Assembly (NCBI GenBank): GCA_021799085.1
Contig: JAJZBD010000002.1
Span: forward strand, 103,376-167,375
Reading direction: 5' to 3'
From: Nanobdellota archaeon
GTDB lineage: Archaea; Nanobdellota; Nanobdellia; Parvarchaeales; Parvarchaeaceae
DNA: 64,000 nucleotides
A program made the translations under genes and the position numbers. Under the pieces are notes generated by a model that saw nothing but the letters and a program-made list of their open reading frames with translations, was not told the origin of the DNA and searched no databases. Positions 38,753 through 47,723 of this stretch are shown piece after piece; positions within the stretch are counted from its first letter, which is position 1; each line of letters starts with the position of its first letter.

Positions 38753-39679
38753 ATGACAAAAGAAAATCTGGAAATGCTTATAAATGATTTTTTGACAATC
38801 GGGGGCGAAAAGCCAAGTTACAGTCTTTGTTACGCTACATACCATGAAATTAACGATTATTACTATAAAATATACCGGGAAATAAAAACCAAATTCACAA
38901 CAAAAGACATAGAAGAATTTGTCAGAAATCCAGAGATATATGTAAAACTAAATGATAGTTCAAAACTAGGTTTGTTCATATCTGCCGTAATAAACAAAAA
39001 CATAAAGAGAGGCGAAAGAGTTTTTATAGATTCACCTATCCCAATTAACCTACTTTTCTATAATTTAAAGGGTGTAGAAGCCCATGTAAATAAAGCTGGT
39101 GACAAATTAGGTTACTGCGCAGAGAGCAGCAAAATATATGCCAATGGAGTGGGAGATTATGCAGGCTCTGATATGGAAAACTCTGAGCTGCATGTAGATG
39201 AAGCTGGAATCTCTCTCGGAGAGTACGCAAGAAACAGCAAGATATACGCAAATAGGGCCAAAGAGGATGCAGGGCTTTACATGGAAAACTCTGAGCTACA
39301 CATAACTATCGCAGATGATTACCTTGGATCTGGCGCGGAGAACAGCAAGATATATGCCGGCAACGCAGGAGCTTGGGCAGGTTATTACATGAAAAATTCG
39401 GAATTAAAGGTAGTAAATGCGCTGGATTACCTTGGCTATGGGGCAAGAAACAGCAAAATATGCGCTGAGAAGGTAAGAATCCAGTACAATAAGGACAGTT
39501 ACAACCAAGTAACGGGCTTAAAGCTATACATCGGTGCATTGGAAGGAAAATTAAAGAACAGGCTAAACTTGTTGACAGACCTCACAGAAAAAGGAAATGA
39601 AGTTTATCTAGCAATGGAAACTTATAACAAACACAGGATACTATACCAAATGGCAGGAGCAAAGAAATGGGATATATAA
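38753..39679 (+). CDS. Beta-helix repeat protein (FwdC/GXGXG-like 18-aa repeats)
   Basis: About 3.5 units of 36 aa (A...LG..A.NSKIYA......AG..MENSEL.V); start chosen from TATA spacing. Confidence 0.7.
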   Translation: MTKENLEMLINDFLTIGGEKPSYSLCYATYHEINDYYYKIYREIKTKFTTKDIEEFVRNPEIYVKLNDSSKLGLFISAVINKNIKRGERVFIDSPIPINLLFYNLKGVEAHVNKAGDKLGYCAESSKIYANGVGDYAGSDMENSELHVDEAGISLGEYARNSKIYANRAKEDAGLYMENSELHITIADDYLGSGAENSKIYAGNAGAWAGYYMKNSELKVVNALDYLGYGARNSKICAEKVRIQYNKDSYNQVTGLKLYIGALEGKLKNRLNLLTDLTEKGNEVYLAMETYNKHRILYQMAGAKKWDI

Positions 39680-39741
39680 TAAAAATTAAAACAATCGGGA
39701 TAAATACCAGCAATAAATACTAGTAGGTACAGTTATAATAC

Positions 39742-40290
39742 ATGAAGGAGATAGAAACCAAGATAATAGACATAAACGAAGGAGAAGTAAGAAAAAGGCT
39801 AGCAGAGATCGGTGCGAAGAAGATTGGAAACTTATTTTACAGAAGATACGTATTCTTTCTGGCTGATAAAAAGGGAATAGACGAGTTTGTGAGGATAAGG
39901 ACGGACGGCAAAAAAACGACTATTACCTATAAGTATAGGGAAGGAAGCGGTCTAAGAAACACAGAAGAAATAGAAACTGATGTAGGAGATTTCAAAAAAG
40001 CAACTGAAATATTCAAAAAAGCCCTTAAGATAAAGCCAATATACCAGGAAAACAAAGTTGAAAAATGGCTTTACAAGGGGGTAGAAATAGATATAGCATA
40101 CTGGCCCTTGATAAAACCTATCCTAGAAATAGAAGGTAAAACTGTAAAAGATGTTGTCAAAACTAAGGAAAAACTGAACATAAAGGGGATGGATATAGGG
40201 AACAAAAATCTTGATTTCACGTTTAGATACTATAATCAAGCCGGAAAAGACAACGGAAATTTGTACTTTAAAGATAAAAAGAACTCGTAA
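39742..40290 (+). CDS. CYTH-domain protein (class IV adenylate cyclase/triphosphatase family)
   Basis: EIETK, VRIR, TYK, EEIE, LEIEG. Confidence 0.85.
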   Translation: MKEIETKIIDINEGEVRKRLAEIGAKKIGNLFYRRYVFFLADKKGIDEFVRIRTDGKKTTITYKYREGSGLRNTEEIETDVGDFKKATEIFKKALKIKPIYQENKVEKWLYKGVEIDIAYWPLIKPILEIEGKTVKDVVKTKEKLNIKGMDIGNKNLDFTFRYYNQAGKDNGNLYFKDKKNS

Positions 40291-40343
40291 AAAGCGCAAA
40301 GGAGAGAAGAAAAGTTTATCATATATTGAGGCTTTAAATTTAC

Positions 40344-41195
40344 ATGAACAAAATCGTTTTTATTGCGGTATTGCTTGTTTTGGCAATTGCAGTTATTTCT
40401 ATATTCTACATTAATAATCTAATTAAGCCAAGCGGCAATGCAGCACAGTTTTATTCGGTAACTAATTCAGCCGAGCTTCTTAATGCCACTGAACATTATG
40501 TCAACCTTACAAATCACTTTACGATAAACTACAGCGGAACAGCGGACATAATGTTTTCCAAGGATTCAATAAACGTAACATTGGCTGTGCCAATAAAGAT
40601 GTCCTTTCAAAAATCCAGTGGATTGGGCCTTTTCAAGTTATATGCTAACCTGACAAAAGCTTATAACTTCTTTTCAGCTTTCACAGGCTCTCCAAAAGAA
40701 CAGAATTACATCTCTGCGGTGTTTCTATACAACGGTAGCGGAATAATCGCATGTTCAAACATTACAGGAGAAACATATCGAAACTGCACATTCAACAGCT
40801 CAAAAGCGGTAATCAGCACAGTAAAAGATGATTTAGAGGATGTTGCGCTTAAATCGTATGCCAATCATCTTTTCGATACAAGTGTTCTTCTAAACCTTGG
40901 CAATTCTTCTTTTCCAGTAAAATTCAAGGGAACGGAAAGCTATAGCGGTGGCACATGCTCTATTTTTGACATGAATTTCAGCTCCTCAACCGCAGAAGGG
41001 AGCGGAAAAATATGTTTTTCTGACAGTGTTGGCATGCCTGTTTCACTTCAATTTGCTATTCAAGGATACATACAAAGCGGTTCAAACGCTGCAATAACTG
41101 GCAGTTACACAGTAATTTTTACAGCAAACTCAAATCCAATCTCTTATTCAAATGCTTCAATAGACGCAGATAACGCTGCAAAATACCTCCAGTAA
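40344..41195 (+). CDS. Membrane-anchored surface protein (Cys-motif family, copy 2)
   Basis: N-terminal TM; YSGGTC...ICFSDSVGMP. Confidence 0.7.
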   Translation: MNKIVFIAVLLVLAIAVISIFYINNLIKPSGNAAQFYSVTNSAELLNATEHYVNLTNHFTINYSGTADIMFSKDSINVTLAVPIKMSFQKSSGLGLFKLYANLTKAYNFFSAFTGSPKEQNYISAVFLYNGSGIIACSNITGETYRNCTFNSSKAVISTVKDDLEDVALKSYANHLFDTSVLLNLGNSSFPVKFKGTESYSGGTCSIFDMNFSSSTAEGSGKICFSDSVGMPVSLQFAIQGYIQSGSNAAITGSYTVIFTANSNPISYSNASIDADNAAKYLQ

Positions 41196-41224
41196 ATAAT
41201 TTAAACCCTAAAAAAGAACAATCC

Positions 41225-41734
41225 ATGGAAATAAGCGGCAATCCCGAATGCAAGAATTTGTTGAACAATTGTTTAAAGGTTTTCAGGCCTTTTAGGGGCA
41301 CTTACATAAACATAGATTATGCACCATTACCAAAGGGAATAGCCGGTAGGGTAAACGCTGAAATAGAGACGGTAAGAAAAAGGAAAAACCCTGGTTTTTT
41401 CAGAAAAGAGGTTGTAAGGATAAACCGTAGGATAAAGAACAATGAGTTTTATATAAGGATAAACGAGAACCTGAAAAAGATAACTGATGAACAACTAAGA
41501 AGAGAGGTAGTTACGAGCATTATAGTGCATGAACTCCTGCATATAGAAAGGAAGGATTTATTGGAGCACAGCAAGAATTACAGGAAAAGGAAGCACAAAA
41601 AGATACATTCGTCTTTGGAAAAAGAAGCACTTGAAAGATTTAACATGCTAAGGGAGCAGGAAGGCTTAAAGCCATTAGAAAAGGAGAATTACATTGAAAA
41701 GGAGATAGTAAGAAGAGTAAACGATGCTGAATAG
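41225..41734 (+). CDS. Basic HExxH (SprT/zincin-like) protein
   Basis: IRIN...IIVHELLH...KIH. Confidence 0.6.
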   Translation: MEISGNPECKNLLNNCLKVFRPFRGTYINIDYAPLPKGIAGRVNAEIETVRKRKNPGFFRKEVVRINRRIKNNEFYIRINENLKKITDEQLRREVVTSIIVHELLHIERKDLLEHSKNYRKRKHKKIHSSLEKEALERFNMLREQEGLKPLEKENYIEKEIVRRVNDAE

Positions 41735-41747
41735 TAGTGTTAAGCGC

Positions 41748-42329
41748 TTATCTATCGTTGCAGTAACCTATTACTTTCCTTATTTTACTGTTAAAATTGT
41801 TTGTAGTGTAGCTTTGTATGTTGTAGCAATTTTTAAGCAGATCCTTCGCTTCCTTTTCCATTTCAGAGAAGTGCACATCGTTGTAAAGCCTGTCTATATA
41901 GGAATTTACAATGTACTTCATTCCTGCTTTATAGTCCTGCGGGTGATGCGCATTCCCGAATTTATGCGTCAATTCATGAAGCAATACCTCGGTAATCTTA
42001 TCTTTTGTAGAATCGAAAAGCTGCCCATCGATAACGTTTTCAAAGTATTCTCTATCCAAAGCATTGCTTTTTCTGTTTGAATCGCTTTCAAGAAAACTAA
42101 AAAGATCTTTATTTTCTTTTTTTATCTCTTTGTAGCATGACTCCACTATACTGCCCAGAAATAGCTCTATCTTATCACAATTAGAATTATACCTGCCAAG
42201 TAAATTCTTATCTGAAGCATCCTGGCTAGAAAGCAGAAAATCTATTGTTGTTTTATTGCTTAATTTTTTGCCAGTATGTGAATATTTACTCTTGTTTTCA
42301 GTTCCTATTATTCTCCCAGGATTTCCCAT
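41748..42329 (-). CDS. HExxH zincin-like hypothetical protein
   Basis: LGRY...IELF...VLLHELTH. Confidence 0.6.
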   Translation of the reverse strand: MGNPGRIIGTENKSKYSHTGKKLSNKTTIDFLLSSQDASDKNLLGRYNSNCDKIELFLGSIVESCYKEIKKENKDLFSFLESDSNRKSNALDREYFENVIDGQLFDSTKDKITEVLLHELTHKFGNAHHPQDYKAGMKYIVNSYIDRLYNDVHFSEMEKEAKDLLKNCYNIQSYTTNNFNSKIRKVIGYCNDR

Positions 42330-42419
42330 AATTACTATATTTTAGTGATTATAATTGCTATAAATAGCTTTTTTTACCCAATTATAAGCTTAAAACCTAA
42401 GAACTTAAAATAATAAACA

Positions 42420-42521
42420 AAACCGCATATTGATAAGAGTTTCTTTAAAGGAAACAATGAGGTTTACTTAGGCAAAGAAAGCTACGATGAATTCATTAAA
42501 AATTATCCTGGATATAAATAA
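42420..42521 (+). pseudogene. Start-less remnant resembling the C-terminus of the beta-helix family
   Basis: Translates KPHIDKSFFKGNNEVYLGKESYDEF, compare EKGNEVYLAMETY in 38753..39679. Confidence 0.35.
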
Positions 42522-42591
42522 AAGGTAAAGATATTGAAAAATTAACTTAGAAACTTATCATACAACGTTTGGAATAAAACCGGTAAATCCT

Positions 42592-43305
42592 TTAAGAATT
42601 ATATCTTTTCAAGTATTCTTGATGCGCAACATGGATAGCATCGCTTAAAACCGACTTGAATTTGCTTATTATGCCGGGGTGGTAAGCTTTGGCTATTTTC
42701 CGGTAGTATTCATCATTTTTATCCATGTAATCCAAAAGGTTGGCCTTCTTTAAGTCTATTATGTCCTTGTCGCACCTTCCATTCATTAATCTATTTCTCC
42801 ATGCATTGTACTTTAGCCTGCCAAGGTTTATGGGGTCAACGAAATAGACTTTTTCACCATTGTATTCCCTGGAAAAAGCTTTTTTCTTAATGCTTTCAAA
42901 GCTTTGATCTTTGTCAAGCAGTCCTTCGCTTGAATAAAACTCTATTCTTATCTTCTTTTCCCCCAAATTTAAGTAGGAAACATGTATATCTGCATCAAAC
43001 AACGGCTTTGAACCTGCATCCTTAATATTGTTAAATCCCTTGCTGTACAGCAAATCCTTCTTTTCTTCCACATTTCCATTAACCACAACATCTATGTCTT
43101 TTGGCCTATGCAAAGGATAGTAATTCTGCAATGCTGCTCCGCCTATTAAGATTACATTGCCGCTGCCGAAAACCGAAGAGGCCATTAAATAGCTTTTGTT
43201 AATCTCCTCTTGACTTAGATACTCGCCCTCTTCATAATTTACCGGCTCTATCAAGTCATCATCTGCAAGCTTTGACAATATAAACTGCAGAGTCCTTTTT
43301 ATCAT
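42592..43305 (-). CDS. Pol-beta-superfamily nucleotidyltransferase-like protein
   Basis: LIGGAA...RPKDIDVVV, LK..A...R...KD..DL. Confidence 0.7.
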   Translation of the reverse strand: MIKRTLQFILSKLADDDLIEPVNYEEGEYLSQEEINKSYLMASSVFGSGNVILIGGAALQNYYPLHRPKDIDVVVNGNVEEKKDLLYSKGFNNIKDAGSKPLFDADIHVSYLNLGEKKIRIEFYSSEGLLDKDQSFESIKKKAFSREYNGEKVYFVDPINLGRLKYNAWRNRLMNGRCDKDIIDLKKANLLDYMDKNDEYYRKIAKAYHPGIISKFKSVLSDAIHVAHQEYLKRYNS

Positions 43306-43399
43306 AATTTAAGTAGAAGACAAGGATTATATAAATCTTTCTTTGCGTTTAACTTAGAAGTAAATAAAATTATTTAAATAGTTCTTATCTATAAATGGA

Positions 43400-44230
43400 A
43401 TGCTAAACGGTTTAGAAGAGGTTTTGAATAAAACCAGTGAAATAGAAGCCTACTTGATAGGAGGTGTAGCTATCAATTCATATATAGAAGGCAGCAGATA
43501 CAAAAGTATACGACCGCCTTCCCCCTCTAATGACATTGACTTTACAAGCCCTTACGTTAGCATAAGGGAGCTAGATAAGATAGCAGATAAATTCGATGGA
43601 AATATCTCTTTGCTAGTAAATGAATCAAAGATAAACTACACAATGTATGGTGTTATTGGCAGAATAGTCTATGATCCTGCCCCAGTATTTACATTGAATG
43701 AAAAGCTAAACAGCAGGGACATACAGATCTTTCCAAATTTTGTTGGTCCGATTAAAGTGGACAAAAATTACAAAAGCAATGGAGTGTTAAGGGTTGCAAA
43801 TCTCGACACATTGGTTGCAACGCAGCTCAATCCGATGGCCTTTGATGCAAACAGGCTAAGAAAAATAGATATAGCAGTCGCTGCCGAATGTGAAAGGACT
43901 GATGAACCTATAGAGCTTGCCTCTAAAGCTTATTCATCGGGCGCAAAAAGAGTATGTAAAGCTATTGACGATGTAGAGAAAGTGGCCAAACAAACATACG
44001 GCATATTAAAGTACGCAAAAATGGATGAATTTTTACTTGTAAATTCACAGATAAATGATAAAAGCTACTCGCATGACGGTTACATTGAGTTTATGAAAAA
44101 GACGGCAAATGAAGTTAAAAACCTGAAAATCAAAGAAAACAAAGTCCTTAGAAAATACTCCTCTGAAAAAGTAGGAAAAGCAGTAGAGCATGGATTAGAG
44201 CTTTTCTACGAAGAGATAAAAGGAATGTGA
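43400..44230 (+). CDS. Pol-beta-superfamily nucleotidyltransferase-like protein
   Basis: LIGGVA...R...NDIDF. Confidence 0.6.
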   Translation: MLNGLEEVLNKTSEIEAYLIGGVAINSYIEGSRYKSIRPPSPSNDIDFTSPYVSIRELDKIADKFDGNISLLVNESKINYTMYGVIGRIVYDPAPVFTLNEKLNSRDIQIFPNFVGPIKVDKNYKSNGVLRVANLDTLVATQLNPMAFDANRLRKIDIAVAAECERTDEPIELASKAYSSGAKRVCKAIDDVEKVAKQTYGILKYAKMDEFLLVNSQINDKSYSHDGYIEFMKKTANEVKNLKIKENKVLRKYSSEKVGKAVEHGLELFYEEIKGM

Positions 44231-44452
44231 TTTTTTAAGCTATCTAAAGATGAAAACGCCTGCAAAGATACTTTCACAGTTTTATGGAGCTAAGAAAACG
44301 CCATTAAACGCTTTTTATTAACGCCTCTGTTAATTTTTGTTTACATTAATACTGCTTAGTAAAAGACTATCTAAAATTATTTTACAATAATCAAAATTAC
44401 CTATTTTTTAGTAAAAAAAGTTTATATATTAGTTATATTCTCAAACTAAACC

Positions 44453-45439
44453 ATGGTAAATAAATCACTTAAAAAATCCAAGGGGGGAACGCTAGAGAGG
44501 CTATTATCTAGCCTACCAAAGAAAAACGAAGAGATTGGTGAAATCGAAAATTACAGTATAATTGTATATGGGGAAAGCCATATTAGCGAAAAAGACCAAC
44601 AAAGGGAAATAGAAATCATAAGGAAGTTTAAGCCTGATTATATTTTGGAGGAAGGGGGCAGCAGCATTATTTCGCTTAAAAATGAAGATTATTATGGCGT
44701 AACGATGAATTTAGAAAAGGATTTTTTAAATAAAATATCTGATAAAAACTTGCGTTCTAAGACTGAGAATGAACTTAATGAAATTTACAGTTCTATGAAG
44801 GCAAATCCGAGAAAAAATAAGTATATGGAGGACTTGACAACATTTAATGATGTAATGAAAAGATCGCTTGTGGGATTACCTGTCAACTATTTGGAAGAAG
44901 TAGAGAAAATTTTTCATGGGTATATTAATTCACAAAATAGGGTTGAGAATTTTAAACGCAACGATGTAATTTTCAATAATTTCCAGCGTGCTTTAACGAA
45001 TTTGGTGGCATATAAGAAGGATGTACTAGATTCAAAACAACCGAATAAGCTGATTCTTCATTTAACTGCTTACAACGCAAACAACAATGTAAAAGTTATA
45101 GAGATGGATTTGCCGGCATTAGAAATTGAAGGGTATTATTATAGAAAAAAGCCATATCAGAGAGATAATGACTTAAATAAGAAAAGAGAAGAAAGGATGG
45201 CGCGCAATATTGCTTCTTATGCAAATACGGTCAAAAACAGCGGAGAAAGGATATTTGTAAAAGTTGGAGATTATCATCTTAGGAAAGATAGCGCCATATC
45301 AAGGTATTTAGATGGATCAGAGTTGCCATATAAAATCTTTAGATCCATAGGAGATGACGCGTTATTTATTGATAAGATTAGATATTCAATAAGACTTCAT
45401 AGAAAGATCAGAGAAGATATGAAAAATCTGTATGGCTAA
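44453..45439 (+). CDS. EreA/ChaN/TIKI-fold protein (putative hydrolase/protease)
   Basis: YGESH, ILEEG, REERM..NI, VGDYHL order matches the His-Glu-Arg-His signature of that fold. Confidence 0.55.
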   Translation: MVNKSLKKSKGGTLERLLSSLPKKNEEIGEIENYSIIVYGESHISEKDQQREIEIIRKFKPDYILEEGGSSIISLKNEDYYGVTMNLEKDFLNKISDKNLRSKTENELNEIYSSMKANPRKNKYMEDLTTFNDVMKRSLVGLPVNYLEEVEKIFHGYINSQNRVENFKRNDVIFNNFQRALTNLVAYKKDVLDSKQPNKLILHLTAYNANNNVKVIEMDLPALEIEGYYYRKKPYQRDNDLNKKREERMARNIASYANTVKNSGERIFVKVGDYHLRKDSAISRYLDGSELPYKIFRSIGDDALFIDKIRYSIRLHRKIREDMKNLYG

Positions 45440-45445
45440 GTTTAA

Positions 45446-46036
45446 TTATTTGATTAGGAGATTATTAACCTTAATTCTCAAACTTTTATCTAACTTTTGA
45501 AGATATCTTTGTAATTTGTTACCGTCTAATCTTTTTTTCATTTCTTCTAAAATATCTTTTGGAATTGCAACCTTAAAATAAACGAAGTCTATCAACGTCT
45601 TTTCCATATCTGAAACTGGAAGAAATGAATTGCCAATCCGCTTTGCCTCATAGCCGAAGAACATCTTTCTCTGTATATGTCTTATAACTACATTTCTTCC
45701 AAGTATAGCCCTTACCCCGCTCCTAACTTTTCTAGTTGTTATTATGACTGGATTTGTTTCCTGTTCCCATAAATCATGCAATGACAAAGCTTCCTGCAAG
45801 CCGTAATAAAAAGGCTCGAATAAAAATCCTATCGTATCCAGATTATCATTAAAAGAGTAGTAACCTCTTTTTAATCTCTTTATTTCACCGCGCTTTTCCA
45901 GGTTATGCAAAGCAAGCCTCGCGTATTCTCTGCCAGCGCCATGCTGATTTAGGAACATTTCCGCTTCCTTAATGCTGAAGTAGCTCCTATATTTGAAATG
46001 CTCTCTGAACTCTTTCAAGTACTTTGTTTTGCCCAT
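45446..46036 (-). CDS. AbiEi-like type IV antitoxin/regulator
   Basis: wHTH L..RGEIKRLKRGYY, Y.GL..AL..H, SD.EKTLID. Confidence 0.8.
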   Translation of the reverse strand: MGKTKYLKEFREHFKYRSYFSIKEAEMFLNQHGAGREYARLALHNLEKRGEIKRLKRGYYSFNDNLDTIGFLFEPFYYGLQEALSLHDLWEQETNPVIITTRKVRSGVRAILGRNVVIRHIQRKMFFGYEAKRIGNSFLPVSDMEKTLIDFVYFKVAIPKDILEEMKKRLDGNKLQRYLQKLDKSLRIKVNNLLIK

Positions 46037-46662
46037 ACACTTAGCCCCTCTATTATACCTTTGAATGTAGGCACTTCTCCTTCGTACACGATTGCCTTTA
46101 AATCGGCTTCATCTGTTGGTTTTTCGATCTTCTGCAGTGATTCATTTACTATTTTCTTTATTTTCATTTCGCTTACTAACCTAGAAAGGAAATAAACGTC
46201 ATATATGTCCCTTATTCTTTTTCTGCTATTGTAAGCGGCTAGTTTTTCCAATATCAGCTCTTCCGGCTTCAATGTTAATACATCTAATGTGTTTCCGTTT
46301 GCCTTTTGATAAACTGATAGTGTCCCCCTAACCTTTTTTCTAGTTATCTCTAATTTCATTGAAGTTGTGTCGTTTGAAATCTCAGAAAAAAGCGTATTTG
46401 CAGTTTGCCTAAATTTAATTAATTTCAAGCCCCTTCTCTTCAATACCCTTTCTAGCTTAATCTTGAAGTCTTCCGGATATTTAGCGTAAATGTCTATATC
46501 CTCTGAGAATCTTTTCCCACCGTAGCAGCGCCATATCGCTGTTCCTCCGTGTATAACAGCATCGTCTAAGATTTCGTATATTACTTCTATTACTTCGTCC
46601 TGTAATTCCGTCAGGTTCTTCTGTGATTCCCTTTTAAGCCTGTAAACTATTGGTAATTCCAT
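46015..46662 (-). CDS. AbiEii-like nucleotidyltransferase toxin (DUF1814)
   Basis: HGGTAI...Y...RFSEDID, KLEI, EKL.A...R...RDIYD. Confidence 0.88.
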   Translation of the reverse strand: MELPIVYRLKRESQKNLTELQDEVIEVIYEILDDAVIHGGTAIWRCYGGKRFSEDIDIYAKYPEDFKIKLERVLKRRGLKLIKFRQTANTLFSEISNDTTSMKLEITRKKVRGTLSVYQKANGNTLDVLTLKPEELILEKLAAYNSRKRIRDIYDVYFLSRLVSEMKIKKIVNESLQKIEKPTDEADLKAIVYEGEVPTFKGIIEGLSVWAKQST

Positions 46663-46890
46663 AATTAACCTTAATTATATATATGTATAATTATCGTTGA
46701 TTCTATTTAAATTTAATTAATCAAGACCTGCAAGCTTTTTTGTGTCAGATAGAAAGTATTTGTACGGAGATACATCTAAAGCAATATATAAGCTGTCAAA
46801 AAGTAATGTATGAGAGTCCAGACAATGCTTAAAGAGACAATAAAGGATAGAACTGGGAAGCCTTAAATCTTGTAGTAATCTCCACATATT

Positions 46891-47586
46891 ATGGTTGATA
46901 AGAAACACAGAAATTATAGCCTTGAAAAATTGTTCTCATACCTTAGACTTTTCAATTTTAGCCTGCTCTTCTCCGTATTGTACATAATTTTCAACTGGGC
47001 ATACATATCCCTTTACAAGATAGTGCCAAACGGCATTTTGATATTTATAACAAGCCCTTTTAGCGCGCTTGAAGACTTCTCAGTTTCTTATGGTCATTTC
47101 TACGTAGGCCTTTTGCTGAACTTCTTGCCGGTTTTCATAATGTTAGCAATAATGAGCTACATTTACACTAAAAGCAACAGATTAAACAGATTTCTAAAGC
47201 CCTCGGATGTCTTCTGCATTGGTATAGTCTCTTCCTACCTGACTTCGGCGATTTACTGGTTTGCCTTCAAGATCCCTTCACGTGGAACTTCGATAATTGC
47301 TATCACAGTGCTTGTCTACTTCTTGGTGTATGTGATCACATTCGACTTTAGAGGCTGGTTCATTAAGAAGTCCAAGAAAAAATACGGCAAAAAAGCAAAA
47401 GAAAGGTTGGCTTGCACCACTAGATTTCTATTTGTAATAGCCATCATTTTGGCACTATCCTCAGAGTACAGCTTCTTGCTATTAGTGCATATGATAGGTT
47501 TGATCATATCGTTCGCTCTGATCGCATACTTGATACTTTGGCGCGAACATTACAGATTTATATTAACAAACTCTGGAGGTTATTAA
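46891..47586 (+). CDS. 6-TM membrane protein, possible divergent rhomboid protease
   Basis: LLLN, RGTS, VHMIG spaced like the rhomboid N, GxS and HxxG motifs. Confidence 0.45.
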   Translation: MVDKKHRNYSLEKLFSYLRLFNFSLLFSVLYIIFNWAYISLYKIVPNGILIFITSPFSALEDFSVSYGHFYVGLLLNFLPVFIMLAIMSYIYTKSNRLNRFLKPSDVFCIGIVSSYLTSAIYWFAFKIPSRGTSIIAITVLVYFLVYVITFDFRGWFIKKSKKKYGKKAKERLACTTRFLFVIAIILALSSEYSFLLLVHMIGLIISFALIAYLILWREHYRFILTNSGGY

Positions 47587-47622
47587 TTTTACTTAAAAGG
47601 TAAAAATTTAATTATCACGTCT

Positions 47623-47723
47623 GTTAATTATAGATATGAAAAATTATGTCGATCAAAATGCCTTGCTGCCTTGAATCCAATCGTGAGTTAATTATAGATA
47701 TGAAAAATGATGTCGATCAAAAT
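47623..47723 (+). repeat. 37-bp direct repeat (47623-47659, 47687-47723; 1 mismatch) with 27-bp spacer
   Basis: GTTAATTATAGATATGAAAAAT[T/G]ATGTCGATCAAAAT twice; each copy contains an ATG. Confidence 0.9.

Noticed and set aside
39090-39470. Possible diversity-generating retroelement TR/VR pair (also considered for the CYTH and 37656/38188 duplicates)
   Set aside because: Mismatches are not confined to adenines and no reverse transcriptase is present.
41724-42080. 118-aa plus-strand ORF overlapping 41225..41734
   Set aside because: Antisense to the HExxH gene 41748..42329, which has better composition and a motif.
47623-47723. Possible minimal CRISPR array
   Set aside because: Only two repeats, the repeat contains a gene start, it lacks a CRISPR-like terminus, and no cas genes are in the window.
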